64,000 nt of DNA from Eledone cirrhosa (lineage: Eukaryota). Positions 40,105 through 55,299 of this stretch are shown piece by piece. The notes beneath the pieces were generated by a model, which was given only the letters and a program-made list of their open reading frames with translations, had not been told where the DNA came from and ran no database searches. Numbering within the stretch: position 1 is the first letter of the stretch; every line of letters starts with the position of its first letter. Location: positions 43,958,001 through 44,022,000 of the forward strand of contig OZ024745.1 in NCBI GenBank assembly GCA_964016885.1. Direction: 5' to 3'. A program made the translations under genes and the position numbers.

Positions 40105-40370
40105 ATTTATCTAGCTCTATCTCTCTGTTTTATTTCATTCTGAATCGTTCATAAAATAGTTACACAACTAAAATGTTAACTAAAACAATATTTATACAGC
40201 CGTGAAAAAACAATTCTTAACAGTAAGGCCTATTATTAGACACACAGTTTGGGAAGTACATATGTAAGAAAACCGAAAACAATTATTTAAAAGACGGTGA
40301 GATAAAGCTTGATTCCTGTTGATTAGCTATCATCATTAAATATAAATATTTAAATTATGTTCACACACAC

Positions 40371-40440
<70 letters not shown>

Positions 40441-40526
40441 CCCCACCACCACCCCACTCTCCAGAGCGTGAAATTAATAAACATTCGTTGTACTGCCTCT
40501 CTGTTTTGTTCCTGTTCAAATTTTCC

Positions 40527-40613
<87 letters not shown>

Positions 40614-40638
40614 GTATATATATATGTATATATATATG

Positions 40639-40695
<57 letters not shown>

Positions 40696-40696
40696 G

Positions 40697-40731
<35 letters not shown>

Positions 40732-40810
40732 GTATATATATATGTATATATATATATATATATGTGTATATATATATATGTATATATATATGTATATATA
40801 TATATATATG

Positions 40811-40957
<147 letters not shown>

Positions 40958-40958
40958 G

Positions 40959-41037
<79 letters not shown>

Positions 41038-41439
41038 GTATATATATATATATTCGTTCTGTTGTACTTGTTCGATATATCTTGAATGTAAGAGGGATTA
41101 AGAAGAAAATTATGGATTTATATTTTGTATAAGTCGAAACACTGACAAATAAAAACAACAACAACAAAATAACTCTCCATTCGTTATTTTTCACAAACTC
41201 CATAGTTCGAGTTAGAAAAGATCAAGAAATGGTGGGTATACTTTGTGTAGAGTGCATTTTTGTTAACGTACCATCTAGATACGGTTTCAGGTAAACATAC
41301 AAAAGTGAATTGTTTTTCGGCTACATAAAAGGCGTTGGGTGTAGATGAAAGTTTGCACGTGCGTGTGTGGGGATAGGGGAGGAAATATGTATTAGTGGGG
41401 TGATATTAAGTTTGGCATGGTACTTGGTTGGTTTGATCT

Positions 41440-41640
41440 CCGACCAGAGGAGTAGAATATATCCAAATATCGAGACTACCAACCGATTCCTTTTCGTGTC
41501 AGGCCACCGTCGGGACCTCCGATGTCCTCGGTCCTTGGATTGCATTTTGCCCGAGGAAAAATCCCATGGGGTAGAATGGCCGATGCAGCAAATGTCAATG
41601 GCTGTTCTCCCTGGGGCCCTGCTGAGATATACTGTTAGCC
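41440..41640 (+). mobile_element. CRE-clade 3' fragment, degenerate
   Basis: Across frameshifts it reads SKYRD..NRFLFV..VGTSDVLGP..HGVEWPMQQMSMAVLPG. Confidence 0.55.
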
Positions 41641-42063
41641 AATGGTGTAGCATTTGCACCCCCCGCTTTTTGTTTTCATTATTTCACACACACACCCCAC
41701 CACCACCTATTTACTTACTTTTTCTTTTTCCTGTTTATTACTTCCATCAACAATAAAGTTCTATTAATGAATTATATTTATTTACTGAGTAACATCTTTA
41801 CTTATTTATCTTTACAAATTTATATAATTCAATGTCGGTCGTTCATTAAATTTCCTGTCCACTTGAGCAATTGCAACAGGCTTGGAAGTATAACTGTTTT
41901 CTGAGTGCTTCCTTGTTGGTCGGCACTCATAGGAGAACTTAATCTCAGTAATGAGAAATAACAAAACACTCATAAATAACTACAGTACTCTTATTGTTTT
42001 CAGTAATCCCTATCTATCAGATCGACTTGAGAACTAATTAAAAGTCTTTTCCATGGATAGAGC

Positions 42064-42267
42064 TAGACCTGTCAACTTTCCCCGTCCGACGGGGAAATCT
42101 CCCACCCACTTTGGAGTGGGTGAGAAATGTCTTCCCTTATGAAAATGGGTATAGCTTTCATTGCTTTCATTATGTAAAATCTGCCCATTTTGCCTCATTT
42201 CTCTCCGTTTTGGGGTCACTTTTTTTCATGGTACTCCCCATTTGGATTTTTAGAGGTTGGCAGGTCT
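42064..42267. mobile_element. About 200-bp MITE family
   Basis: TIR-like agacctgtcaac / gttggcaggtct. A second copy lies at 47195-47389 and an inverted partial copy at 48189-48270. Confidence 0.75.
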
Positions 42268-42689
42268 GTAGACCATATTAGAAATTGGTTGCTCATCCAT
42301 AATTTAAATGTTCATAATGTATGGTTCGGTTCCTGAACCGAGTTGTGTATTGTGTTCTTGAGCAAGACACTTCATTTCACGTTGCTCTAGTATACTCTGC
42401 TGAAAATGAGTAGCAACAGTAGCTGGGGGTTTAACCCTAAACTGGACTGGCGTCCTATTCAGTGGGGAAGTCTTGTACTTTTAATCGCTTAACACCAAGG
42501 AAACCGGAATAAGTACTACTATAATGAGCCTCCGAGCTAGAGACAGACTTAGACTTATTAGCGTTCTCCAGATTATTTATTATGTAATTATTCCTCGTAT
42601 TTTTCCGAATCATCTGCGTTCCAATTCAAAATTTAATGAAAATTGTAAAAATGCTTGAATATTGTGTAAAAGTAAAAAGAAGAGTATGA

Positions 42690-43150
42690 GCAATAGACAA
42701 TTTACGTTTTGTAACGATAAATGGGACGGTTGCAGCTAAGGGCAGGTGGAGTATTTCGTATGTAATAATATAGCCAAAGAAAAGAATGTTCCCGTCTGTT
42801 TATCTTTTGTTGGTGGAAACATATTTCTTGTTAAAAGAATTAACAGATAAAAATGTAATAAAACAGTCAAGGAAACACGACAATCTGGAAAGGTTATTAA
42901 AGGAACATTTTAACCCGAAATCTTTAGTCATTGCTGATAGATTCCGAATAAATAGAATGGAGAAATAGATGGAGAAACCATTTGTGACTGCTTGGCAGCC
43001 CTGAGAAATCTGTCAGCTAAAATGTTGTCATAAGGCATATTTGTTTATGGATTCAAAAATAGATTTATTGAGAAAAGCTTGTTATATGTTGTACACACTG
43101 GCTCTTGAATTAGCTGTTGACACTTCTTTCTTGAAGTAGCCAAAATAATG
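42690..43150 (+). mobile_element. Gypsy-type LTR retrotransposon gag relic
   Basis: ETYFLLKEL..LLKEHFNPKSLVIADRFR..GETI..LAALRNLS..FVYG, with multiple disruptions. Confidence 0.7.
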
Positions 43151-44234
43151 TGACAAAACTCAGATGTGGGCTTCATATCTGTAAGAATAACTTTTAAAAG
43201 AGCAAGAGAAATAATAGAGCAGTCATTACACGTATAACAAATTTGAAAAGTCATGTTCTGAATATAGAAAACGTGGCATAGTGGTTAGAGAGTTGGATTC
43301 CCAATCGCGAGGTTGTGAGTTCGATTCCCGGACTGGGCGGTGAGTTGTGTCCTTGAGCATGACACTATTTTACGTTGCTCCAGTTCACCCAGCTGTAGAA
43401 ATGAGTTGCGACGTCACTGGTGCCAAGTGTGTCTTTCCCTTGGATGACATGGGTGGCGTGGAGAGGGGAGACAGGTTTGCATGGACGACTGCTGGTCTTC
43501 CACAAAAACTCTATCACCGGGATTGTGCGTTGGCGGGGGAGTGTTCAAATGCTATGGTCATTCGTGACTAAAGGGTGTCTTTTAACTCCAGGGACTGTTT
43601 TCATAAAAACAAGATGTCATAAAGTGGGAAGGTAATTTACATAGGTTGACTTGAAGGAAGAAAATTCTGGAATGCGCTCAAAGTTCTTTGACCCAGTTGA
43701 CTGTGGGTTTTTCCATTTTTAGGATCTCAATTACCGTTTAACGTCTCAATTACCGGACATACCTGCACACCTGCTCACAGCTGCAGTCAGACTATAGTTA
43801 TGCTGTCTGCAAGCTCATTCAAATGCATTCACACTGGCTGTCTCAAAGACATACAAATATGGCTTATAAAACTTACCAAAGTAAAGAGCCTTCCATCGCC
43901 CCCTTATCCCCCCTTCCATCTCCAAACGCCCCCCTGGAGTTCCGAAACGCCCACCGGGGGTGCATATGCCCCCCGTTGAGAACCTTTGGTCTAACTGATA
44001 CTGAAACACAGCTGACTACGCTTAACGTACCCGAGGTCAATTTGGTGCTAAATTGGGTGACGATTTAAAGCAACCACCCAACAGAAGGAATAGTCATTTC
44101 GACAGGCTTTGACCTAGTTTCTGTCTACCAATTTTCATTCACAAGGCTTCGGTTGACCCGAAGATATGGTAGAATATTCATGTTGCCACGCGAACCAGAA
44201 ACCACGCAGTTGCGAAGAAATTACTTTACCTCAA

Positions 44235-45140
44235 CAGCTATAACTGCACCCAGACGATATCACTTCCTCTTCTTTCTCTCCTCTCCCTCCTCCTCACAGC
44301 TATAACTGCACCCAGACGATATCACTTCCTCTTCTTTCTCTCCTCTCCCTCCTCCTCACAGCTATAACTGCACCCAGACGATATCACTTCCTCTTCTTTC
44401 TCTCCTCTCCCTCCTCCTCACAGCTATAACAGCACCCAGACGATATCACTTCCTCTTCTTTCTCTCCTCTCCCTCCTCACAGCTATAACAGCACCCAGAC
44501 GATGTCTCTTCCTCTTCTTTCTCTCCTCTCCCTCCTCCTCACAGCTATAACTGCACCCAGACGATGTCTCTTCCTCTTCTTTCTCTCCTCTCCCTCCTCC
44601 TCACAGCTATAACTGCACCCAGACGATATCACTTCCTCTTCTTTCTCTCCTCTCCCTCCTCACAGCTATAACAGCACCCAGACGATGTCTCTTCCTCTTC
44701 TTTCTCTCCTCTCCCTCCTCCTCACAGCTATAACTGCACCCAGACGATGTCTCTTCCTCTTCTTTCTCTCCTCTACCTCCTCCTCACAGCTATAACTGCA
44801 CCCAGACGATGTCTCTTCCTCTTCTTTCTCTCCTCTCCCTCCTCCTCACAGCTATAACTGCACCCAGACGATGTCTCTTCCTCTTCTTTCTCTCCTCTCC
44901 CTCCTCCTCACAGCTATAACTGCACCCAGACGATGTCTCTTCCTCTTCTTTCTCTCCTCTCCCTCCTCCTCACAGCTATAACTGCACCCAGACGATGTCT
45001 CTTCCTCTTCTTTCTCTCCTCTCCCTCCTCCTCACAGCTATAACTGCACCCAGACGATGTCTCTTCCTCTTCTTTCTCTCCTCTCCCTCCTCCTCACAGC
45101 TATAACTGCACCCAGACGATATCACTTCCTCTTCTTTCTC
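44235..45140. repeat. Tandem array, 62-bp unit, about 14.5 copies
   Basis: Unit cagctataactgcacccagacgat(atca/gtct)cttcctcttctttctctcctctccctcctcctca. Confidence 0.96.
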
Positions 45141-45172
45141 TTCCCCACCTATCTCCTCATTCTTTTGTCCAG

Positions 45173-45392
45173 AGAAATGTATAGGAATGGTGCAGTTGGT
45201 GAAGATCTTGATGAATCGTCTGCTCTTTCAATGTTAAGTTTGGGTGAATTATTAAATCAGATGACAGACAACATTCGTAATTACAGTAAAATATTACAAT
45301 CTTCATTGTATCGATGCGATGAACAGACCCAAGCTCTAAACAATACCTCGGGTTCATATGAATTAGTCACCCATCAACAATGCATTTTGTGA
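45173..45392 (+). CDS. Candidate terminal coding exon, unknown product
   Basis: Strong acceptor ttcttttgtccAG followed by 72 open codons of non-repetitive sequence (EMYRNGAVGEDLDESS...QQCIL*). Confidence 0.35.
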
Positions 45393-45448
45393 AGCATGCA
45401 TGCCAAGCCCACTAAAAAACGTCATGTCCAGGAAATTCCCACTAACTT

Positions 45449-45492
<44 letters not shown>

Positions 45493-45669
45493 ACACACAC
45501 ACGCGCACACTCTTTCTCTCTCTCTTTTCTCTCCCCCCTCTCTCCTTCTAATAATAGCTGTTGATTAAAAGTTAATTACTGTGTTCAGAATCGTAAATGA
45601 ATATTGACATATGAAAACGTATCCCTGGACGTAAACAAACTAAATAGACTCTACATAAGATTCACAAAT

Positions 45670-45830
45670 ACAAATGTACTTGTATTTGTGTTCAAATAAA
45701 TAGTGCTAAATCTAAACCATTCAATGTGGGTGTCGGATTCCGCCAAGGGTGCGTACTGTCACCTCTTCTGTTCATAATCTTCATGGACAGGTTTGACATG
45801 CGCAGCAGGGTTGGAAGTGGAGTCAAAACT
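45670..45830 (+). mobile_element. RTE-clade RT fragment
   Basis: KSKPFNVGVGFRQGCVLSPLLFIIFMDR. Confidence 0.85.
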
Positions 45831-48359
45831 AGTAAGTTTGGGATAAGTCGGCTGGAATTTGCAGGCAACGTGATATTACTTAACTCGTTAGTATGAGAAC
45901 ATTCGCAGGTTACGATTGATTACTTTCAGGTATGATTGTCTGTGACAATCACACTCTAAAAGATAACAGACGGTGGTTATTTGGTACTTTAATTGATCAT
46001 ATTAATTGATTTATTCACGATTTAAATTGTTACCAGATATTGGTTGATATCGTCATATTGATCATATATTATGAGACGTTACATTACCACCAAGTCGTGT
46101 TCCATTCGTCAGTTCAAATCCAACAAAGATTCTTTCTAATCTCAAAGGAACGCAAGAAACATTCTGTAATTTAACCTAATGGCCATGAAGTTATCACTAT
46201 CAAACATTTAGTCTGTTAGATTACACAATTTACACACTATCATAGACACCTCATTTCTTATCCCTTTCTTCACCGTCTAACTTGTACACCCATATAGACA
46301 TCACCATTTGGTCTTTTCGTCTGTAAGTCTTTTTCCTGTCGTCTGTACTTTAATTTGTAACCAGTTATATTTAGGTGCTACTAGACCAATCTAACCAGTG
46401 GGAGTTGGCACCAGCCGGTTAGTTGGTTTTTGGTCAGTGCTACAAACACAATATCACATTATTCTTTCTTTTTCTCATACCCCTTCTCTGCCTCTGTCTT
46501 TGTCTGTCTGTCTTTCTCCACACCCTCTCTGTGAGCTAAGTCAATAAATATATAGATAAATAGAAACAAATCAACGAACACAAAAACTTGCATTTTCTGT
46601 TTCAGTAACTCTTATGTTTTTACTTTGAATGACTAAGCACGTTTGTGTAAACCTCCAACATTTTGATTTTAGTTAAATCTTAAATGCTATTCACTGCCAT
46701 GTTTTATTGTACATTTTTGCCATATATAAACTTCGCTTTCTTCGCTGGTTTTAGTGTACCTAAACACATGGTGGTTTAGAAAAAATTATTAATAGAATTA
46801 AATTTGTATTTCTGATATAAGAAAGTAACCTCTTCATTTTCGTCTATTATCAGATTAAAATATATCTTATAATTAATTCACCGTTAAGGGTAGGGGGTTT
46901 TCAGTATCGGTAGAGCGTCAGACAATATCCTTCGTGACACATAGTTACGACCCTTTACGTATTGATTTCAAATCCCGCCGAGGTTAACTTTGCCTTTCAT
47001 CCTTGTGAGGTCGATAAAATAAAGTACCAGTAACGCACTGGAGTCGATTTCATCGACTTTCCTCTCCTCCAAAATTGTTGGCCTTGTGCCGCCTAAATCA
47101 GAAACCATAATTAATTCGTCGTTCAAGACGTAAAATTAGAGAATATAATATTTGGTAATAGATTCTTTTATATTCTTAATTTGGTATGACAATGTCAGAA
47201 CTGTCAACTCTCCTCGTCCGACGGGGAGATCTCCCAGCCACTTTGGGGTGGGTGAGAGGTGTCTTCTCTTATGAAAATGGGTATGGCTTTCATTATGTAA
47301 AATCTCCCCATTTTGCTTTATTTCTCCCCGTTTTGGGGCACCTTTTTTCGTGGTACTCCTGTTTGGGTTTTTAGAGGTTAGCAGGTCTGCCATGTAGGGT
47401 TAAATACTCACGGAAAAGAATATAATAATTGGCGATAACTATGATCTTTGTCCAAATGCATTACTAATAGACACCACCATCTTCTAAATCATCTGCATGG
47501 AAGCTAAAAAGGAAATTTGAAAAAAGAAAAACCGACAATACATCATTCTCGAATAACTTTTTATTTATAACAATTCTATAAACATTTCACGTGAATGAAA
47601 CATAATTTCATGGCTCTATAAGTTATTTGATTAATATTATCTGCGATGCTGCTTTCATTTTCGTTTTCAACGAAGTACACCTACCTAAAAAGAGTTTCAT
47701 TCTTGGCTTCTGCAAGTGCAAAGTGTAATCTACAGAATTTAATTTGATGTTATATATTAAATTATTAATTGAAATAACTCGGTCAAAGTATGCAATTGAA
47801 ATGAACGAAAAAACATTTTAAAATAATGGAATGGACCTCAGTCAGTTTCGATGATGAGTGGTTCCAGTTGTCAGATTCACGAAACTGAGCATTCCATAAC
47901 CACGTGTATTCTTAACGTATTCTCAGGGGGGTTCAGCGTGACACAATGTATGACAAGGCTGGCTCTTTGAATTTCAGGTAAAGTCATTCCGATGGGTTTC
48001 CAAACTGTTCCTGTCTACTCAATTTAACTGACATGACATGGATAGATCCGAGGCTGTGATAAATAACACAAGATGTCACACAGTGGGATTGAACTCGGCA
48101 CCTAATGATTGCAAAGTGAAATTCTTAACCATTAGGCTATACTACGATCACTTTCTAATAAACGGTAAAATGTGCAGAGACTAAATACCAGGCCTGCCAA
48201 CCGCTAAAAGTCCAAACGTGGAGTATCATGAAAAAAGTGCCCCAAAACGGCGAAAAATGAGGCAAAATTGGGTATTGAGTTACCTTCTACTTTGGTATGA
48301 CTTGAAGGATAGAACCATCACCACTGTGTTCAGAGCACAGAGGGCGCAAAGAGGATTAA

Positions 48360-48616
48360 CCCTTTCGTTTACCTTCTAAAAGAATACCGTCTTTGTGTTT
48401 CAATTAATTTTGAAAGTAATAAATAAAATTTGGAGGAATTTCATAAAATAACTAACTTTCTCATTATCAAGCTGATGTTTGAAACATTATTACTTAACAA
48501 AAAGTTCTTAAATAAAATTATGATGAAAGATTTTAATATAAATATGAACATTCTAAAGTGGGCAGTTTTGTATCATAAAAGCAGGGCGATTGTCAGGATG
48601 TTTGGTACGAAAAGAG
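48360..48616. mobile_element. piggyBac-type MITE
   Basis: TTAA|ccctttcgt .. acgaaaagag|TTAA. Confidence 0.75.
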
Positions 48617-49139
48617 TTAAATGTTTGACAGAATTAAGGTTTTGATAAAGTTTCAAGTGAATCGGATGAGTACTATGATACGTAGCCATAACTAAAGAGA
48701 TAGATTAAAAACCTGACCTTAATAGGCTAAGGGACAAGAGTTCACAGGGAATTGGAGCTTTTTAAAATATTATATTCAACGAAAGAATGTTAAATAGTGG
48801 CGAGAGTTTAGTGTCTGATAAGATTAGTTTTATACAAAGTTACGTGCTGTATTTGTCTACATGGTATTTAAGGAGCGTCAATTTTTTTAATTTGACGCTG
48901 TCGAACAGGAAATGGTGAATTTGTGTTCATAGAGCTTGGTGATAACTATTAGCAAGTATGAAATTAAATGAAAAAAGTGAAAAGTGTTAGGTTCGTGGAA
49001 GGTATAAATGGCAGAGGGTGTTCGAGATTAGTGACTGCTTAAAAAACAGAAATACAGATGTTAGACTGGCTTGTTTAAAAGACAGCCAAGAAACTTATGT
49101 AATATATATAATGAATATAAAATATTCAGAAGAAACAAA

Positions 49140-49552
49140 TCAATAGAAATCAATCAAAGAAAAAGAAAGTAACATTGCAAAAGACCATAAATGAGGGGGA
49201 AAGAGGGAAAGGACAAGGATTATTAAGCAACGAAAGAAAAGAGGGAGAGGAAAGGGTGGCAGAGTGGAGTTTCGGCTGCGCTCTGCGGACAATGGTCAGC
49301 TACTCCCACTGAAACAGCCTCCCCACCTTGCGGGGCTCTTTCCTCAAACGGACAGCTGTCATTTCGATTTTACGGAGGAGCTCAGCTGTACGGGGTCCCA
49401 GGACGTCTGAGATCTCGATGGCGAACGGTACATCGAGGAAGCAGCCGGACTAGCCTCGGAATTTGCTTGTCTTCCTGCCCTCTGCATTGCGGGTCGCGGT
49501 TCAGGGGTTTGTGGGCGAAGCGACTAGGCTGGAGGCAGAAAACGTGTCGCAG
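49140..49552 (-). mobile_element. CRE-clade restriction-like endonuclease and 3' UTR fragment
   Basis: CDTFSASS..AEGRKTSKF..PFAIEISDVLGP..LLRKI..RKEPR..LFQ..IVR. Confidence 0.75.
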
Positions 49553-52500
49553 CATAAACAATGGAAAATGTTTTCAAAGAGTTAATTTTGATAACTAAAG
49601 CAACATTAAAATGATTGAGGTACTAGCATAATTGTTTCATATGACTACTTTTGTGCACGCTCGTGCGCGTGGGTGTGCGTGTGCGCGCGATTTTCTCAAC
49701 TATTATTTATAGTGTTCTACTACTATCATTATAGTCATTTGTGTTGGGGCACATATCTTTCCAAATAAATATATATATATATGAAAACAATGTTGTTTCT
49801 GATTGAGATGAAGCAAGAGTGTATTTGAATACATATAAAAATGATTAAACTCATCGCTAGAACAGCCGTTAAAACAGCTAAATGTTGTCAAAGACAGTGA
49901 TGGGCAAAAATGCCTCAGAGGACAGAGACCAGCGGCCAGTGGTCAACAGAGAGACGATCCAGAAGGTGAGTGAGGCAGATGAAATATAGAAATGACTTAA
50001 AGAGAGGGAGGACAAGAAGTGTGTTGGCACACAGAAATGACCGGTAGAGGAAATAAAGAAAGGAGATATACAAGACAGATTTACACACACACACCTTCAC
50101 TCTCATCAGCTCTCAAACCAACAAAATGGTTTCGCACGATTTAATTCAGAGTACCATTTTAAAATGCTGGATCGTGCAACAGAACAATAAATCTTTCTGC
50201 TGGTTTGAGTGGGAGATTGTTGAATATTGTATATATTCAAAAACCACCGAAATGAGAAACTTTCGTTCTAGTATTTGTTTTCAATTTCCACAAACAGTAC
50301 AACGGAACTACGAAAATTCTTTTGATAAAGAAACGTGACAGTAAATGCATCAGATAAGTTCTAAATATCGCATGTGTGTGTGTGAGAGAGAGAAAGAGAG
50401 AGGGGGGGGGGATAGAACAAATTATCTTTTTAATTATGTTTTACATTTTACGCAAGATAAACTGTAACAACGGGAAATGACACAATCTCTTTGAAATGTG
50501 AGGTGACGTTAAATGTAAACTTCAATATTACTTCAATGTTGATATTTTAATTTGTGAAGATTTGTAGAAAGAAACTGTGAAATTGCCAGTGATAGTAGTA
50601 GTCAATCTATAATAAATAAAGGAGCTGATATGCAATACAAAGGTTGTGAAGGTCGTCAGTGTTGACACGCCTTCGTGATAAATTACATTCAAAGTGATTT
50701 TACCTCCATACACCATGTTTCACTAATAATCTTATACGCCTTATACTATTTATATTTCCAAAATAACTTCTATTCTATTTTGCTGTATCCAAACGAGTTG
50801 ACCTACATAATATTAGATTAAAAGGATTGAAACCTATTTTTTGCCTATTTTTATATTTTGCCGGTCTTGTTTCGTAGTTTATGAATCTGTACCAATTATA
50901 ACACCCATCCATCCATCCGTGGGTTCTTGACTCTTGATGGAGTCATAGGGGCGTTGTCTTGACATTTAAACATGACAAAATCCACCCCACTTCAGGTCCG
51001 ATCGTAGCAGAGTTCTTCTAGTGAAGGAGGGAGAGAGAGGGGGGGGGAGAGGGAGAGAGAGAGATTTATAAGAAGGATCGACCCCAGTACTGGATTGATA
51101 CATATTTTATGGACCTCGTCGGGATTTGATCTCAGTACGCAGAGAGCCGGGACAAACAGAGAAAAGTATTCTATCCGACATTCTAACAACTGTGTCAATT
51201 CACTGCCATGCAAGTATAACATGCCGGAAATTAAACCAAATTAGGGAGATAGTATAGTCACTTATAGATGAGATACAGATTTACATTGACCTTGACTTTA
51301 CTGATTCTGTCTAGTTTAAACTACATCTTGAGATTTCTTGCTGATAAAGATACTTTATTTCATATTGCTCCAGTTTACTCAAATGGCAAAAATGATTTAT
51401 ATCTCTGATTCAAATGGCCAGCCTTGTCACAGATTGTGTCACGCCGAGTTTCCTTGAGAACTACAATAAAAGTACACGTGCCTGCGGAATGCTCAGTCAC
51501 TTGCAGCTAATTTCACAAGTAGCCTGTTACTGTTATTGGAACAGACGTTGTCGGAACCAACGGAGATTCAACAAGTTATTGATTGTATTTTAGATGCTTA
51601 CTGTTAAAAAATATCATTCATTTACTAAATTCAACGATAGCTGAAAAAGCTTTTATGTGAAATGTCATTGAAGAAGTCTAATAAAACCGAAACAAGCCCG
51701 AGGTTGTTTCCCATATTTACCGGAATCTTAACTATAATAAAGAAAGGAGTGCGGGACTGCATCCAGAATATATTTTTTTACCCCGTTTGTAAAATAAGTT
51801 GGATTACTTTGAATAAATAATGAATGGATATTACATAATTTATCTACTAAATTTCGTGGCTGTTGATTAAATATATTTTATAGCTTATTTAAAGATTCAC
51901 TTCTTTAAAATTGTCAAATCTCAACACTTCCGGTTAGCGGCCGTTATATTATAACACTTATAATCGCATATATTTCCGTCGCTAATTTTCTCCTAATGCA
52001 GTTTATATATAATATCGTCTTTTTTTAAATGTATCATGGATTACGTTACTGATTACATAAGAGAGTCTCTCTTCAATTTCTGTGTATATTGTCAATTACG
52101 ATTTTATTTACATGCATATATATTTGTGCATAATATCAATATACACACTACACATGCAAGCAGAAAACCACCCGAAGGGTGGTTTTTCTGCTAGCAATTA
52201 TAATAATATATCATTAATTGTTTCTACTTTTGGCACAAGGCCAGCAATTACCCAGTGCATTACTGGTACTTTATTTTATCGACCCCGTAAGGATGAAAGG
52301 CAAAGTCAACCTCGGCGGGATTTGAACTCAGATCGTAAAGGGACGTAACTATGCTGGAAAGCATGGCGTCCGACCCTCTACCGATACTGCCAATCCACCG
52401 CCCTTATAATAATATATCATTAATGTTTCCTCTTCGCATAATTACGTGTAATTGATTTTCAATACTTACGGCTTTTGTTTCTAACGTGGATGACGTTCCT

Positions 52501-53098
52501 AAGTAATTTATTCCAGTAATTAAATTCTTTAGAATATGCTTATTGTTATGTCTCCTCGTGTACAATATAGTACATCACTACTTCAGCAAGTAAAGTTTAT
52601 GCTTAACAAAAAAAGTATCTAATAAGTCCAAAATATTTCTTGAGTTGTCTCCCGTATTTGGAGAAGTAATTTAAAAAAAATTGTATATTCTTTATCGCAT
52701 AATTCTATTTAATTATATTGCTTATGCTCTTTACATTAGACATGGTAACACTAACCTAACTGTCAAATATTCAGGTTAATAATAGTACATGTAGTTCTAT
52801 GTAGTCCAAGAATCGAGATGGGGCGGGGGCTGCTTTGGAATGCTATTCAGATAATTATCATGTCGTTCCTTAAAAACGCGATACGCGTTGTTTATCTTGA
52901 TTGTATCAAAATATGGAATATGATATTGCTATATGTTATTGCAAGGAGACGAATTGGCAGAGTCGTGGTGAGGGCGTCAGATGGAAAATGATTTGGTATT
53001 TGTTCTGGCTCACCGCGGTCTCAGGTCAACTTTGCCTTTCATCTTTCAGATGTCGATAAAGAAAGTACCAGTCCATTATTGGGGTCGATTCTTCCTCG

Positions 53099-53219
<121 letters not shown>

Positions 53220-53582
53220 TCTCTCTCTCTGTAGATCGGTGGGCTCACCTGGTTTTAAAATGGCCAAGATGTATCAAGTCGGCACCCCTACGACTCCATC
53301 AGGCGTTAACACTCTACATATATTTTAATGCATGTTGACCCATATTTTCGTCAGATAGACTCATGTATTCAGTGTTAAGTTAAGATGTGATTGAGAATGA
53401 TGTAGAACTGTGAAACACTAAAACGCAGCACTGGATAACTTACCTTCATTTTGAAAGGGAGCTTTGGTGATATAGCCTTTTCTCTTATCAGAACGTTGAT
53501 GTGTACTTTTATTTAGGTAACCTAAAATATGTTTAAATGATAGCCTGGTTGTTGTTCCTAGCATTTCTCCTCAGTTCTTTCA

Positions 53583-53796
53583 CTCTTAACATCCTGTAAT
53601 GGTTTAGCAAAAAAGGTCTTAAAACTGATCGGTTAATTCAAATGTTTAATCATATCTTTACTAGCAGACATATCGTTATGAAAGTTTGCAGTATTGGACT
53701 AAAGACATCAATTTTTAATGTGAAGCCGCAGTACTGTTTTGTACTTTTCAAGAATGTCTTGCTAGTGTGGTTTTGTATGGTACAGGACGTTAAGAG
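53583..53796. mobile_element. piggyBac-type MITE
   Basis: TIRs ctcttaacatcctgta / tacaggacgttaagag, flanked by ttca and ttaa. Confidence 0.7.
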
Positions 53797-55299
53797 TTAA
53801 CTAGAACAATTCCAATTCGAAGATGTATTTCATAACATTACAGATACTTTACTTCAACTGTCTTAGCAACAGAGCTTTTAAGCATAGACTTTACACGGCT
53901 TTCACAGAATTGGAGTGGGCCTCCATCGGTTTCGACGATGAGAATTCCAGTGGTTTGATCAACGGTGCGGTCTGCTAATGAAATAACATGTAAGTGGCTG
54001 AGCATTTCATGGACACGTGTACCTTTAACGTAATTCTCGAGGAGATTCAGCATAACAATGTGTGTGACTTGACTGGCCCTTTGAATCACAGGTACAAACT
54101 ATCCGACGGGCTTCCAAACAGTTTCCGTCTACCCAATTTCAATTACAATGAATGAATCGCCCCGAGGCTAAGGTAAATGACACTTGCCCAAGATGCCACG
54201 CAGTAAGATCGACCCTGGGACCTAACTTCTTAACTGTTCGACCATGCTGCATGCATTGATTGTTAATACACGGTGTAATACATCAGGATAACATGCTATT
54301 ACATTATTTATTCTGACCATTTACGTTCTGTGTTCAAATCCTGCCGAGGTCAACTTTGCCTTCCATCTGTCGATAAAATAAAGTATCAGCCAAGTACTGG
54401 GGAGTAATTTATTCAACTTTGTCCTTCTCCCAAATCTGCTGGCCTTGTGCTTAAATTAGAAATCAATATATGCTTTGATATCAATAAATTTAAAGTTTAA
54501 CACCAACCTTTGCGGTTACAACTACAAAATAGAAAAACAAATCATCCCTGGTTCTTGGATGCTTTTCAAGGAATCCATTCAATTACAAGTACTGAGATCC
54601 GATCTTTTGTCCAGGGATAACTTCCTCTCTTTCTCCTACCAGGCCCTGAAAAGGGTCATTGACACTTCCTTTCGCCTCTGACTAAACCATTGTAATAACC
54701 AAGAAGATATAGGAAATAATGTGCTGTATAGAATGTATAGTAATTAGTAAATATGTCAGATCGTCTTATTTGAATAAAAAAAAATTAATGTCGCTTCCAG
54801 CTAAAAAAATAGAATGACTTTAATGAAAGCCAACGTTTATAACTCCCACGCTTTCCACACGCTTTTGGTTATCATGACTAACATTGTGTTGATAAAATTA
54901 CATAAAAGAAAGCAACAGTATTAATTTGAACATAGACCATTGTTAAAGAAAGGAAATAACAGTAAGATAATTCTCATATAGAAATCTAATGACTTATCAA
55001 TATCGCAACAGAGTAATAATTGTTTATATTAACTTTAAATAAAGATGTCATATTGCACATGACATTTATAACACAGTCCACATTGTAACATTGCTTTGAA
55101 ATAGAAGATCAACTGTGAATATATTTAGTATTTAAAAGAGATTCGGATGAAAGGAACATATTTGAGTGAGTTTATCATTGGAGGCAAAGTTGGGATATCT
55201 CCATAGAGCTTGATCTAACTACAACATTGGTGGAGACAATAAAGACAGACTTACAGTACGGCTTGGAAATAATCTATTTTAATACTTAAATTGTTTATT

